Below, one piece after another: positions 20,656-30,562 of a DNA stretch of 64,000 nt; positions within the stretch are counted from its first letter, which is position 1; the number at the start of each line of letters is the position of its first letter. Source of the DNA: an uncultured Nitrososphaerota archaeon (GTDB lineage Archaea > Thermoproteota > Nitrososphaeria > Nitrososphaerales > CADDZS01); contig CAWCYI010000006.1 of NCBI GenBank assembly GCA_963799845.1, positions 576,001-640,000 on the forward strand, given 5' to 3'. The notes beneath the pieces are model-generated. The model did not search any database and was not told the origin of the DNA. It saw nothing but the letters and a program-made list of their open reading frames with translations. Made by a program: the position numbers and the translations under genes.

Positions 20656-21360
20656 CTAGATAACGAAAAATGCAAACTGAATAATCGAGAATACTGTCAA
20701 TCCAACTAATACGACGAGCGTGAAAAATTCCGTCATCTGACTAGATTTGCTGGTCTCGGAATAATCTGCAATTTTCAGTTTCAGGCTTTGATAAAGCATG
20801 GGACCAGCAGCGAAACCACCGATCGCCCCACCCAAGTGCGCTACATAATTCACATCCGAAATCAGGAAGCTGCTTCCAACGAAAATCAAGAGAAAAAATG
20901 CCAGGGTCGAAATTTCTATCTTCCGGTCTTTTGCCCAGGAGTACGAGAATGCTGCGGCAATTAGCCCGAAAATCCCTCCGGAAGCGCCTGCGCTCGCGTA
21001 ATTCGGTCCCTGTAATAATGTAAGTAAATTCCCCAAAAATGCCGTTGAAAAAAATATCAGAAAATATCTTGACTTGTTAAGAGCGTCGTCCGTCAAACGA
21101 TCAAAGATCAGAACGGCAATTATGTTAAAGCCGGCATCAAGTGGGGAATCAGTCACCAGTATGGAAGTAAGAAGTTGGTAATACTGATGAAGGTATACGA
21201 CGATGCTGTTGTTTTGAGCGAGAAAATACGTGGCATTATCGCAAATCGAAGGAAGTGATCGCGGACAAACCGTAAACAGATCTCCCAAGAGCCCGATCAA
21301 GAAACCGAGAAGTATCAGTCCAGCCAGCAGCCAAGCGGGTCGAATACTTTGCCCGCGCAA
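20656..21360 (-). CDS. Rhomboid family intramembrane serine protease
   Basis: YYQLLTS, GASGGIFG (catalytic Ser) and AHLGG (catalytic His). Confidence 0.92.
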   Translation of the reverse strand: MRGQSIRPAWLLAGLILLGFLIGLLGDLFTVCPRSLPSICDNATYFLAQNNSIVVYLHQYYQLLTSILVTDSPLDAGFNIIAVLIFDRLTDDALNKSRYFLIFFSTAFLGNLLTLLQGPNYASAGASGGIFGLIAAAFSYSWAKDRKIEISTLAFFLLIFVGSSFLISDVNYVAHLGGAIGGFAAGPMLYQSLKLKIADYSETSKSSQMTEFFTLVVLVGLTVFSIIQFAFFVI

Positions 21361-21425
21361 TTTGATCCAGTCCCCCGTAGCAAAGGAGTATGCCCTAAAG
21401 GGCGACTCGGGACGGTAGCAAAAAT

Positions 21426-21794
21426 CTATTTTCTTGCCTTTTTCGTCGGGGGTTGTTCAGCGAGCAGTTCCAAAATAGAATCGCCGAGGCTAGATGTTCC
21501 CTCAGGATCGGTTGAGACAAGTAGCACGTGTTCGTCATCGAGGTTGAACGTGTAGATATGGACGAGTTCTCTCTTGTCCAAAATGTATCTTCTTCGTCCG
21601 AGGTATTTGTTCCAGTCATTCCCTGACCTGTGCATCGTCGTCCATTGAAGATACAACTGCTCTCCCTTGGATGCCGGCTCCAAAGACTTTGTTTCTGACC
21701 TCATGCCGCCCTTGATCATCTTTCCGTCAGGGCCGATGATGGCAGCGAATCTGACGGAAGGATTCTGACGGAGAACGTCTTCGATATTCGGCAT
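21426..21794 (-). CDS. DUF6659-like roadblock/profilin-fold protein (thaumarchaeal family)
   Basis: VRFAAIIGPDGKMIKGGMR...LGRRRYILDKRE...VLLVSTDP; likely ATG at 21794. Confidence 0.7.
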   Translation of the reverse strand: MPNIEDVLRQNPSVRFAAIIGPDGKMIKGGMRSETKSLEPASKGEQLYLQWTTMHRSGNDWNKYLGRRRYILDKRELVHIYTFNLDDEHVLLVSTDPEGTSSLGDSILELLAEQPPTKKARK

Positions 21795-21875
21795 CCAGTG
21801 ACAAAAGTAATTTTTCGGGTATAAAAAATAGTCCCGGCTAGTATTTATTGTCCCGTTCTTCAAATAGTAGTCCCT

Positions 21876-22964
21876 TAGGAGTTACGCGGTTGACCCAAGA
21901 AGATAGATTGGGTGTGCAATGTCACTCCTTATCGCATCTCTGACGATTCTCGCCTTCGCTTCGTACCAGCTTATCCCGGTCATCAATCTGCACAATTCTA
22001 GACGTATGAACGCCCTTATTGACATGTGGATGTGATTCAGAATGGATGTCGCCTTCCTGACCTGAGCCCTCTCAATGCCACAACACTGCTTGACTCCTCT
22101 GTGGTACTCCTCGATTCCCCATCCTTGGTCAGAGAGTTCATCTCTCTTTTCCTCATTCATCCCAACGTCATCGGTAGCCCAGTGTTCAATGTCTCCTTTC
22201 TTGGAGGCTGTCCTGAACACCCTGACCATTCCGAATCCCATGAGATGAACCGTGGTTCCCTCAGGCGGGATCTCCACGTCCTTGATTGGTTTGTTTCCTT
22301 TTTTTCTGCCCGTTGGATTGACGAGCCTGTTCTCCTTGAGGCGGCAGAAGAAATGCCACCCGAGCTCCCTTGCGATGAGCTTCAGATTTTCCATGCTCGA
22401 GTACCAGCTGTCAAAGAGGACGTATTTTGGTTCCATCCCTCTCTGCTTTGCAACCAACAACATGTCCTGGAAGTGATCGTTCTTGGTGAGACCGTCTTTT
22501 GACGCATTGTAGAGTCTAAAGTCACATGGAATGAGGGCGTTACCATCGCTCCATAGTGTTGTGATGAGATTTATCCCCTTCACCACACTGTGGTGTTTTC
22601 CGCTCCAGTGGTACGTGACGTAATCCATCTTCTCCGCGTACGGTTTGTCCAGAGTTGAATCATCGACTATCAGTACTCCTCCCGCAGTAACGGCGATGAT
22701 CCTCTTCGCCTCATCCCAGAGCGCTTCTGTATCCGCAGGCAGTCTCTCCAGAAGGCGGGTGAAGCTATCGTGTGCTGGCGGCGTGACTCCTGCATCATCA
22801 TCAGGCTGACATCTAGCAGCTTCGGTGCAAGCGAATGATTTCTGGGATGCTATCAGGAAGTCTATGTAGTCATTGTCATCGCATTTTGGAGGGTTCATGC
22901 AGCGTCTGATGAACCAGAGAAACAATCCTGGCCAAATTCTTTTCGGCCAAATGCGTAACTCCTA
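21876..22964 (-). mobile_element. Complete IS701-family insertion sequence (1089 bp)
   Basis: TIR TAGGAGTTACGC is perfect over 12 bp (17/20 extended) at 21876 and 22964; direct repeat TCCCT at 21871-21875 and 22965-22969. Confidence 0.92.
21882..22898 (-). CDS. IS701-family DDE transposase
   Basis: MNPPKC...HDSFTRLL, LIVDDSTLDKPY, VLFDSWYSS and WGIEEYHRGVKQCCG; the stop codon lies inside the TIR. Confidence 0.93.
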   Translation of the reverse strand: MNPPKCDDNDYIDFLIASQKSFACTEAARCQPDDDAGVTPPAHDSFTRLLERLPADTEALWDEAKRIIAVTAGGVLIVDDSTLDKPYAEKMDYVTYHWSGKHHSVVKGINLITTLWSDGNALIPCDFRLYNASKDGLTKNDHFQDMLLVAKQRGMEPKYVLFDSWYSSMENLKLIARELGWHFFCRLKENRLVNPTGRKKGNKPIKDVEIPPEGTTVHLMGFGMVRVFRTASKKGDIEHWATDDVGMNEEKRDELSDQGWGIEEYHRGVKQCCGIERAQVRKATSILNHIHMSIRAFIRLELCRLMTGISWYEAKARIVRDAIRSDIAHPIYLLGSTA

Positions 22965-23337
22965 TCCCTATTGATTCTTATATAGAATTTTTTTTCTGCG
23001 TTTCACGTGCGGGCGTAGCTTTTGACTCGTTTGAAAGCTATCATGTACAGAGGGCAATACTGAGCTTGGAAATAGCTGAACCGGTTTCGGGAGGAAGTCT
23101 GAAAACAGTACTTTGGAACTGCAAAAACAGGTCTAGAAAACGAGTTCAATAATCGGAAGGATGATAGCAGTGATAGCAAACTGCTTTTCCATCCACTAGT
23201 GTAAAACTGGGACACGTGTAGCGGGGCCCTTTTTTGAAAACATAAGGAATCACCAGTTTGCATATACCGCAAACAAGTTTATCTTGCTGGATCTTTTCTG
23301 AGAGTTCTTCTTCCATTTTTTCATCTCATGCATATTG

Positions 23338-23826
23338 TTACTCGAGTTGGAGCGTGACAGAATCAGATTCGACAATCGCACCGGTTTTCTTTTTTGATTG
23401 TCGATTTTCCTCGATGGACATTATTCTTGATGGCGACTTGATAACAATCTTGCCTGAGTTATCTATAGAGACTGACACACTGCGCTTGAGAAATATCGAG
23501 AAAGACGCATGGTCGAGAGTAGTTGTAAAATACGTGACTGAGCCGTCTTTATCGACCTCAATCCTACCCCCGTTGTATTTTGCCTCAAAGATCTCTCCCG
23601 ACATCGGGTGGTAAATCTCAATTGTTAACCGCTGGTTATCTGTATTTGACGAATCAATCTTTCCAGATTTGATATCAAAATTCAAAACAGGCATCGTCCC
23701 GTCCGCCACGAACTGATATTTTTTCGATTCGAGATATTGCCGGCCATCCTTCTCACGGGGATCAACTTTATTCATGGTTCGGGGTGTTCTCGCACTGTCA
23801 GTATAAATCGATTCACGCGCTTCCAA
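23338..23826 (-). CDS. Hypothetical beta-rich protein
   Basis: 162-aa ORF; no family recognised. Confidence 0.55.
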   Translation of the reverse strand: MEARESIYTDSARTPRTMNKVDPREKDGRQYLESKKYQFVADGTMPVLNFDIKSGKIDSSNTDNQRLTIEIYHPMSGEIFEAKYNGGRIEVDKDGSVTYFTTTLDHASFSIFLKRSVSVSIDNSGKIVIKSPSRIMSIEENRQSKKKTGAIVESDSVTLQLE

Positions 23827-24047
23827 GATAAATTTCCTGCTCGGACTGAACTACTTCAGAGTAAATTCTCAGTTTGAACCGAGCGTCTTCTGTTTTTGCC
23901 TCGAAGAAAGATGAACGAAACTATAAGGCCACCACGGAGACAATCGAATTTGAAAAAAACAGAAATTGGGGTGTGTTGAAAACATACTTTTGAGACCGCG
24001 TTCTTACAACAACTCTTATTATTTTTTGAGAAATAAACGTAAACAAA

Positions 24048-25040
24048 ATGAGACTTGTCACATTTGAGGAACCACATTACAATAGAGATCGCTTAGGTCT
24101 CTGGATAGGATCGGATGATGTAGTCGATCTTAACTTCGCTTATGCAAGAATGCTCCAAGACGAGGGGGAGGATTATCCACAACCTTTTGCTGACGCCTTC
24201 ACGCCTCCGAATCTTACCCGTCTTCTCGAAGGCGGAAAAAAATCAATGGACGGGGCGAGGTCGACCCTCAAATTTGTTGAAGACTTGGGAGTCTCAACGA
24301 TTTCTGGTCCAAAAGGAGAGGAAGCCCAGTTCAAATTCTCCGCGATAAGAATTCTGGCTCCAATTCCGCATCCCGGAAAAATCATTCACACGGCAGGTAA
24401 TTTCCGGGAACATGCCAGAGAAGGATCTGATTCTGGTTGGGAGTTTCCAATGCCACACTGGATTTCTTTCCTCAAAAGTCCCTCCACCGTGATCGGACAC
24501 GAAGGAAAAGTGATTCATCCAAAATACACGAAGATGCTGGATCATGAGATCGAGCTCGCAATAATCATCGGGAAGAAATCGAAGCACCTGACGAAGGAAT
24601 CCGCTTGGGATGCTATCGCCGGTTTTACGGTTTTCAACGACATTACGGCAAGGGACATTCAAAGAGAGGAAATGAAGTCCGGTCTATTGAATTTCGGGAA
24701 GAACCTGGATACCTTCGGACTCTTTGGCCCATGTTTTGTGCCAAAAGAGGACATTGGCGATGTCCACAAGCTCAAGATCGAGTGCAGAGTCAACGGCGAT
24801 CCCCGTCAGGTCAGCAATACCGACCATCTATCGGTTACGGTTCCAGAGATAGTCGAGCATTATTCGTGGGTGACACTTTACCCCGGAGACATCATTACGA
24901 CCGGGACTGTTTCAGGTGTCGCTGCATTTCGGAAAGACCCTGAGAAGTTCTTCCTAAAACCGGGAGATGTTCTCGAATCTGAAATTGAGAACATTGGGAT
25001 ACTGAGAAATTACATTGTTGAAGAAGATGGGACCTTCTAG
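24048..25040 (+). CDS. Fumarylacetoacetate hydrolase family protein
   Basis: FLKSPS, LDHEIELAIIIGK, FNDITARDIQ and LYPGDIITTGT motifs. Confidence 0.93.
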   Translation: MRLVTFEEPHYNRDRLGLWIGSDDVVDLNFAYARMLQDEGEDYPQPFADAFTPPNLTRLLEGGKKSMDGARSTLKFVEDLGVSTISGPKGEEAQFKFSAIRILAPIPHPGKIIHTAGNFREHAREGSDSGWEFPMPHWISFLKSPSTVIGHEGKVIHPKYTKMLDHEIELAIIIGKKSKHLTKESAWDAIAGFTVFNDITARDIQREEMKSGLLNFGKNLDTFGLFGPCFVPKEDIGDVHKLKIECRVNGDPRQVSNTDHLSVTVPEIVEHYSWVTLYPGDIITTGTVSGVAAFRKDPEKFFLKPGDVLESEIENIGILRNYIVEEDGTF

Positions 25041-25176
25041 TGCCAAACTCTCACAAGTAATTTCACTTAGACATCTCTACTTTTCAGTTTTGAAACTAGC
25101 CATCAGCCATTGCAGAATGACTTGATCTTTAAAGATCTAACACTAAAGTAGCCATTCCACTTCGAGACACCAAATC

Positions 25177-26766
25177 ATGAAATCCAAAAAACCACTGAAG
25201 AGGGCGAGAACGTCCAAGAGCCCGGTCATTCTCGTCATTCTTGATGGCTGGGGCATTGCTCCTCCTGGCCGATTCAACGCGGTAAGTTTGGCAAAGAAGC
25301 CGAATTTCGATTTAATTTCCAGAGAATACGGGGTGGCTGAGATCTGCGCATCAGGAAAGTGCGTCGGGTTAACTGAGGGTCAAATGGGAAACTCCGAGGT
25401 CGGACATCTGACCATCGGCGCGGGCAGGATAATTTTCCAGGATCTCATGAGGGTATTCGACGAGATTAATTCTGGCCGACTGGCAAAAAATCGTAAACTA
25501 GTGGGTGCCCTGGCGAGTTTGAAGAGACGAAAAGGTACTTTGCATTTTCTCGGCCTTCTTTCTAATGGAGGGGTACACAGTCACATCGATCATCTTTTCG
25601 CTCTCCTCAAAATTGCCCGAGAAAAGGGTATCGAGAAAATTGTGGTTCATGCTTTCCTCGATGGAAGAGACACTCCTCCAAGAAGTGGAATTGACCAATT
25701 GGCTGCGTTGTCTAGTTATCTCTCCGATTTCAAGGATGCATACGTCGGATCAATCAGCGGGAGATACTACGCCATGGATCGAGATAACCGCTGGGAGAGA
25801 ACGAAGCTCGCTTACGACGCCATAGTCTATGGAGATGGAGAAAAGTTTGAAGACCCAACTGATTCAGTCAGGCAGTCGTATCAAAGAGGCGAGAATGACG
25901 AATTCGTCATTCCGAAAGTGAACTCTCGCTACAAAGGCGTAAGCGATGGAGACCTGATAATTTTCTTTAACTTCAGGCCCGATCGAGCCAGGCAGCTTAC
26001 CAAAGCTCTGTCGATGACCAAAACGGAGTTTGGAAATCTGTTTGAGCGAAGCGAGGCAAAACGTCCTAAAGTTGAGCTTGTCACGATGACTGTCTACGAC
26101 GAGAAGCTAAAGGGACCAAAGGCGTTGCTCGGGCGCGAACTAGTTCGACATACTCTGAGCGATGTGCTCGAAAAAGAAAACTTGCGCCAACTGAGAATTG
26201 CCGAGACGGAGAAATACGCGCACGTGACTTATTTCTTCAACGGGCTGGTCGAAAAACCTAGACGTTTTGAGGAGAGAATCATGATACCATCACAGAAAGT
26301 CGAGACCTATGACAAGAGCCCCGCTATGAGCGCCAGGGAGATAGCGGATCGCGCTGTAGATGAGATCAAAACTTCGAGATATGGTTTCACTCTGGTCAAT
26401 TTTGCGAATGCCGACATGGTTGGGCATTCCGGAATGGTCGAGCCGACAGTAAAGGGAGTCGAAATTGTGGACGAGTGTCTCGGCAGGTTATTGCAAGCGT
26501 GGAAGACACAGAACGATGCTTCGACGCTTTTGATAACTGCCGATCATGGCAACGCAGAAAAAATGTTTGATGAGCGAACAGGTCAGCCCCACACAGCCCA
26601 CACTTCAAATCCAGTGCCATTGATAGTTGTCTCAAAAAAGTGGAAGCTACTTCCCAAAAATGATTACCAGGCGGGGTTGCGAGACATAGCGCCGTCAATT
26701 TTGAAAATCATGGGAATTCTTAGCCCCCGGGTAATGACAGGGGTCCCATTGGTGCGATATGACTAG
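25177..26766 (+). CDS. gpmI: 2,3-bisphosphoglycerate-independent phosphoglycerate mutase (bacterial type)
   Basis: ILDGWG, GQMGNSEVGH, GGVHSH, DGRDTPP, GRYYAMDRDNRW, AETEKYAHVTYF and TADHGNAE motifs. Confidence 0.96.
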   Translation: MKSKKPLKRARTSKSPVILVILDGWGIAPPGRFNAVSLAKKPNFDLISREYGVAEICASGKCVGLTEGQMGNSEVGHLTIGAGRIIFQDLMRVFDEINSGRLAKNRKLVGALASLKRRKGTLHFLGLLSNGGVHSHIDHLFALLKIAREKGIEKIVVHAFLDGRDTPPRSGIDQLAALSSYLSDFKDAYVGSISGRYYAMDRDNRWERTKLAYDAIVYGDGEKFEDPTDSVRQSYQRGENDEFVIPKVNSRYKGVSDGDLIIFFNFRPDRARQLTKALSMTKTEFGNLFERSEAKRPKVELVTMTVYDEKLKGPKALLGRELVRHTLSDVLEKENLRQLRIAETEKYAHVTYFFNGLVEKPRRFEERIMIPSQKVETYDKSPAMSAREIADRAVDEIKTSRYGFTLVNFANADMVGHSGMVEPTVKGVEIVDECLGRLLQAWKTQNDASTLLITADHGNAEKMFDERTGQPHTAHTSNPVPLIVVSKKWKLLPKNDYQAGLRDIAPSILKIMGILSPRVMTGVPLVRYD

Positions 26767-26847
26767 TTTCGAAATTATCCGCGATGTATCTCAGAATTCA
26801 GCCAAAAAAAGAAGTAAGAGGTTGGTCCGAGACCAACGCTCTCATTT

Positions 26848-27909
26848 CTAGTTCTTAGATCTGAGTAGTCTTCCGACTTTTCCTGGTTGCTCCGCAAGGA
26901 AGGTGCTCTCAACGCCGGTCAAAACGACCATGACGCGGACTTTTCCCTGCAGGCTTGGATCAACTCTTGCCCCCCAAACCACTCGTGCTTTCGGAGGCAG
27001 TGATCTCGTTATCATTTCCCCTGCTTGTGTGACTTCGTCCAAAGTGATGTCGTCTCCTCCCGATACGTGGATCAGAACACCGAATGCCTTGGTAGAGTCT
27101 TTGATGTCCAAGAGCTGAGCGTCGAGGGCTGACTGGACTGCGCGCTCAATTCTGTCGTCTCCAGATGATTCGCCCACTCCCATGGCCGCGATTCCTCTCT
27201 TTTCCATTATAGCCCTCAAGTCTGCAAAATCGATGTTGATCAAACTTGCTGTGGTGATGGTCTCAGTAATTCCTTTGACAAACTCGCCGACGAGCTCGTT
27301 TGCAACTCCGAGTGCTTCTTTCAACGGAAGGTCTCCGGCTACCTTTGCAAGCTTGTTGTTGTCAATCACAACGACGGTGTCGCATTGGGCTTTTAATTTC
27401 TCAAGACCGGTCTTTGCGCTGTTGTAACGGAATCTTTCAACGGCGAACGGAAGTGTTACTACGCCGATCATCAACGCGCCTGATGGTCTGATTGCGTTTG
27501 CGATGACCCACGAGGCTCCAGTTCCGGTGCCCCCTCCGAGTCCAGTCGCGACATAAACGATGTTAGAACCGGTGGTGTCCTTCTTTATCTGTTCGATGGA
27601 TTCCCTGGCAGCTTGCTCTCCGCGCTCTGGATAACCTCCGGCACCCATTCCTCTGGTGCTTTTTTCGCCGAGTAGGATTCTTCGATCGGCCTTCACGATG
27701 CTGAGGTGCGTCGCGTCAGTGTTCGCAGCTATTAGTTTAGCTCCCGACACTCCGCCCTTTTTCTCCTTGACCCAGGAAACAATGTTGCAGCCGGCTCCTC
27801 CAACTCCGATTACGGAGACCTGAGGCCTCGCGGCGCGCATTATTGCTTCGATTTTCTCTGATTCTAGCATTTCATCCATTTTGGACTGCGTATCATTATC
27901 GTACGACAA
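26848..27909 (-). CDS. ftsZ: Cell division protein FtsZ
   Basis: IGVGGAGCN, ANTD, GLGGGTGTG, LPFAVE, DNNKL, INIDFADL (T7 loop) and WGARVDP motifs. Confidence 0.95.
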   Translation of the reverse strand: MSYDNDTQSKMDEMLESEKIEAIMRAARPQVSVIGVGGAGCNIVSWVKEKKGGVSGAKLIAANTDATHLSIVKADRRILLGEKSTRGMGAGGYPERGEQAARESIEQIKKDTTGSNIVYVATGLGGGTGTGASWVIANAIRPSGALMIGVVTLPFAVERFRYNSAKTGLEKLKAQCDTVVVIDNNKLAKVAGDLPLKEALGVANELVGEFVKGITETITTASLINIDFADLRAIMEKRGIAAMGVGESSGDDRIERAVQSALDAQLLDIKDSTKAFGVLIHVSGGDDITLDEVTQAGEMITRSLPPKARVVWGARVDPSLQGKVRVMVVLTGVESTFLAEQPGKVGRLLRSKN

Positions 27910-28054
27910 TATGATCGAGAAGGAAACGTGTCTCCGGCATTATACCCTTTGTGAAGCTGAAAAGAAGAAGGAACAAACGAATTTTTGTGGGTGTCATCTC
28001 CATAGTGATTATGAATCCGTACTGGTGATGTATTTTCCTGGGAGTTCCGGACGG

Positions 28055-29008
28055 TCAACCCGATGTCAGAAGATACGATTTCAATTTTCCATCTTCGAGC
28101 TGACCGACAACGCCGCGGAGAATTCCTTCGCCGTACTCGCTACCCGGATTAAAGCAGACTGTCCTGCCGATTCGCACCAACGCCTTTGACTCATGGATAT
28201 GCCCGTGCAGTCCAACGAGAGGCTGATACTTATCTATCATCCTTCGAGTTGCTACGCTGCCGGCAGAAGTCATGACGACGTGGCCCGCCGCCACTACCGG
28301 CTTCAGATCTTCGCTAACTTTGGGGGCCTGGTCTATCGGAGTGTCCCTCGGAGGAACGTGAATGTTGAAAATCGAATTTTCCGGTTTCTTCAGCTGACCT
28401 GCCATCTCTTCAATCCACGATTCCAAGACCCCCTCGTCTACTTCTCTTGGGCTATGCCACGGGGTGTGATTTGCGTAGCCGAGAGTAATCATTTCGTATT
28501 CGCCGTCAAGACTAACGATTCGCCGCTCGGGATTTATCACATATTTTGACGAATTCAAAACTTGATCGATTTCAAAGATATCGTCATTTCCAGGAGAGAT
28601 GAAGCAACCTACATCCGTCCCCTTCAATCGCTCCTCGGCAAGCTCGAGCCATCTTCTCACTCCTTCGACCATGAGCTGATTGAAAACTTCCCGAAGCTTT
28701 TCTGGGTTTGAGTTAAGCTCGTCATATTCCTTCTTCCCCATAACTTTTGGATAGACCCCAGAGTCCCTCATATCTTTGACGATGGAATCGAGCTTCTCCT
28801 CCGATTTTATTACAAAGAATTCTCCGGCAAAAGAGCACTCATAAGTTTCCGTTCCAGTTTGAATTATCGGAACCATTGATTTACCAGTGATATCACCTCC
28901 GAGAATTAGTACGTTAGCCTTGTAGAATTTGGCAGCGTTCAGGAATTTGCGGAAACAGACATCTGATCCGTGAACATCTGTCACGAAGAAAAACTTTGTC
29001 TTGCTCAA
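28055..29008 (-). CDS. Calcineurin-like metallophosphoesterase (Icc-related)
   Basis: TDVHGS, GGDITGK, PGNDD, GLHGHIHE and NPGS motifs. Confidence 0.88.
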   Translation of the reverse strand: MSKTKFFFVTDVHGSDVCFRKFLNAAKFYKANVLILGGDITGKSMVPIIQTGTETYECSFAGEFFVIKSEEKLDSIVKDMRDSGVYPKVMGKKEYDELNSNPEKLREVFNQLMVEGVRRWLELAEERLKGTDVGCFISPGNDDIFEIDQVLNSSKYVINPERRIVSLDGEYEMITLGYANHTPWHSPREVDEGVLESWIEEMAGQLKKPENSIFNIHVPPRDTPIDQAPKVSEDLKPVVAAGHVVMTSAGSVATRRMIDKYQPLVGLHGHIHESKALVRIGRTVCFNPGSEYGEGILRGVVGQLEDGKLKSYLLTSG

Positions 29009-29098
29009 AACTCGAAAAATCCCTATTTCATAATTTGAAGGTATTCTTGCCTGAGGAGAATTGAGCTCCAGTAACTTTGCAGCAATTTCAGAAAGAAC

Positions 29099-30475
29099 TT
29101 AAGAGGGCCTGACGAATTCGCCGATCCCGGGAGAGGCAAAACCAGAACCATCTTCGAAAGCCAGGTTGCCGTTAACGATCGTGAATTTTACTTTCCCTTT
29201 GACGGCCAGACCGTCGTAAAGTACAGTCTCCCAAGCTTTGGTCATAAGATTTGCCGCTCTAATGACCCACGGCTGATTGAAATCTATGATAGCAATGTCG
29301 GCGTCCGAACCAACTTGCAGGGTCCCCTTTTTCGGGTAGAGGCCGAAGCGTTTCGCCGCTGACGAAGAAGTTATCCGAGGAATATCACTCAATATGAGCC
29401 TGTCTTGATGCACCAGATTCAGCAATAATGGAAGTCTTGTTTCAACTCCAGGTGTCCCAGACGGCGCCCTGAAGATGTCATCCCACCCTCGTTGTTTCTC
29501 GACATTTGTGTGAGGCGCATGATCAGTCGAGACCATCTCTATTTCACCTGTTCCAAGCGCATTTGTCATCCGATTCTTATCCTCCAGATTTCTCGGCGGC
29601 GGATTGAATTTTGCGTAAGGTCCCCTCTGAGGAAGGATTTCTTTCGAAAAATACATGTACTGCGGACAAGTTTCTGAAGTGGCATCCACCCCTCTGGATT
29701 TTGCCGCCGAAAGAAGCTCAACGGCTTCAGAAGTACTGACATGAACGATGTGTGTTTTTGCGCCAATTACTTCAGCAAGCAACAAGGCGTCAAACACGGC
29801 TTCAGCTTCAGTGAAATTCGGCCTAGAATCATAGTGGGCCATCGGATCTTTGCGTTTCTCCAATCTCATCTCCTCAGTCAGGCAAGACACGGTTGAATCG
29901 CACTCAGCATGAATGCAGTGCACGAGACCGCTCCTCTCCACTTCCTTCATGGTCTGGTAGAGCTGTCCCGAATTTGTGACATAAGATCCCGCGTATTCCT
30001 TCTCTCTCTCCTTCGGAGGCGAAACCATGAATGTTTTGAATGCAATCGCTCCCGTTCTTTTGAGATCCTGAATTGAAGGCAGGTTATCATGACTTGCCGC
30101 CGCCACGAGGCCAAAGTTAGAGACCGCCTTACTTTGAACGATCCGTATTTTTTCGAGAAAGATTTCCGCAGTGGTAACCACTGGCTCCGTGGTCGGCATA
30201 TCAAATATGGTCGTCGTCCCGCCGGCAACCGCTCCTTTTGTTCCAGTCGCGAAATCTTCCTTGTGTGTTAGTCCCGGATCGCGAAAGTGCACGTGCGGGT
30301 CTATTAATCCAGGCAGGAGAATCATTCCCTCTGCATTGATCGTGTGACCTGACTGAATTGTCGAGCTTTTTTGGATTGAAGTGATTGTTTTCCCCGTTAT
30401 GCAAATATCGGCCTCTACGAGTTCGCCATCGCGAAGTATTTTTCCGTTTTTGATAAACAGGTCACAAGTAGCCAT
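29099..30475 (-). CDS. Cyclic amidohydrolase (dihydroorotase/allantoinase family)
   Basis: PGLIDPHVHFRDPG, GGTTTIFDMP, HAE, HIVHVS and STDHAPH motifs. Confidence 0.88.
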   Translation of the reverse strand: MATCDLFIKNGKILRDGELVEADICITGKTITSIQKSSTIQSGHTINAEGMILLPGLIDPHVHFRDPGLTHKEDFATGTKGAVAGGTTTIFDMPTTEPVVTTAEIFLEKIRIVQSKAVSNFGLVAAASHDNLPSIQDLKRTGAIAFKTFMVSPPKEREKEYAGSYVTNSGQLYQTMKEVERSGLVHCIHAECDSTVSCLTEEMRLEKRKDPMAHYDSRPNFTEAEAVFDALLLAEVIGAKTHIVHVSTSEAVELLSAAKSRGVDATSETCPQYMYFSKEILPQRGPYAKFNPPPRNLEDKNRMTNALGTGEIEMVSTDHAPHTNVEKQRGWDDIFRAPSGTPGVETRLPLLLNLVHQDRLILSDIPRITSSSAAKRFGLYPKKGTLQVGSDADIAIIDFNQPWVIRAANLMTKAWETVLYDGLAVKGKVKFTIVNGNLAFEDGSGFASPGIGEFVRPS

Positions 30476-30562
30476 CTGAACTTTCGGTCTCGCGAATATT
30501 CTGAGTTGAGTTTGATCGCTTTGACTAAATAATATTGCTCGATGAACTATTAGGGCGAGAAC

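Noticed and set aside
22970-23337. Possible gene or pseudogene beside IS701
   Set aside because: The frames are interrupted by stops or resemble no family I recognise.
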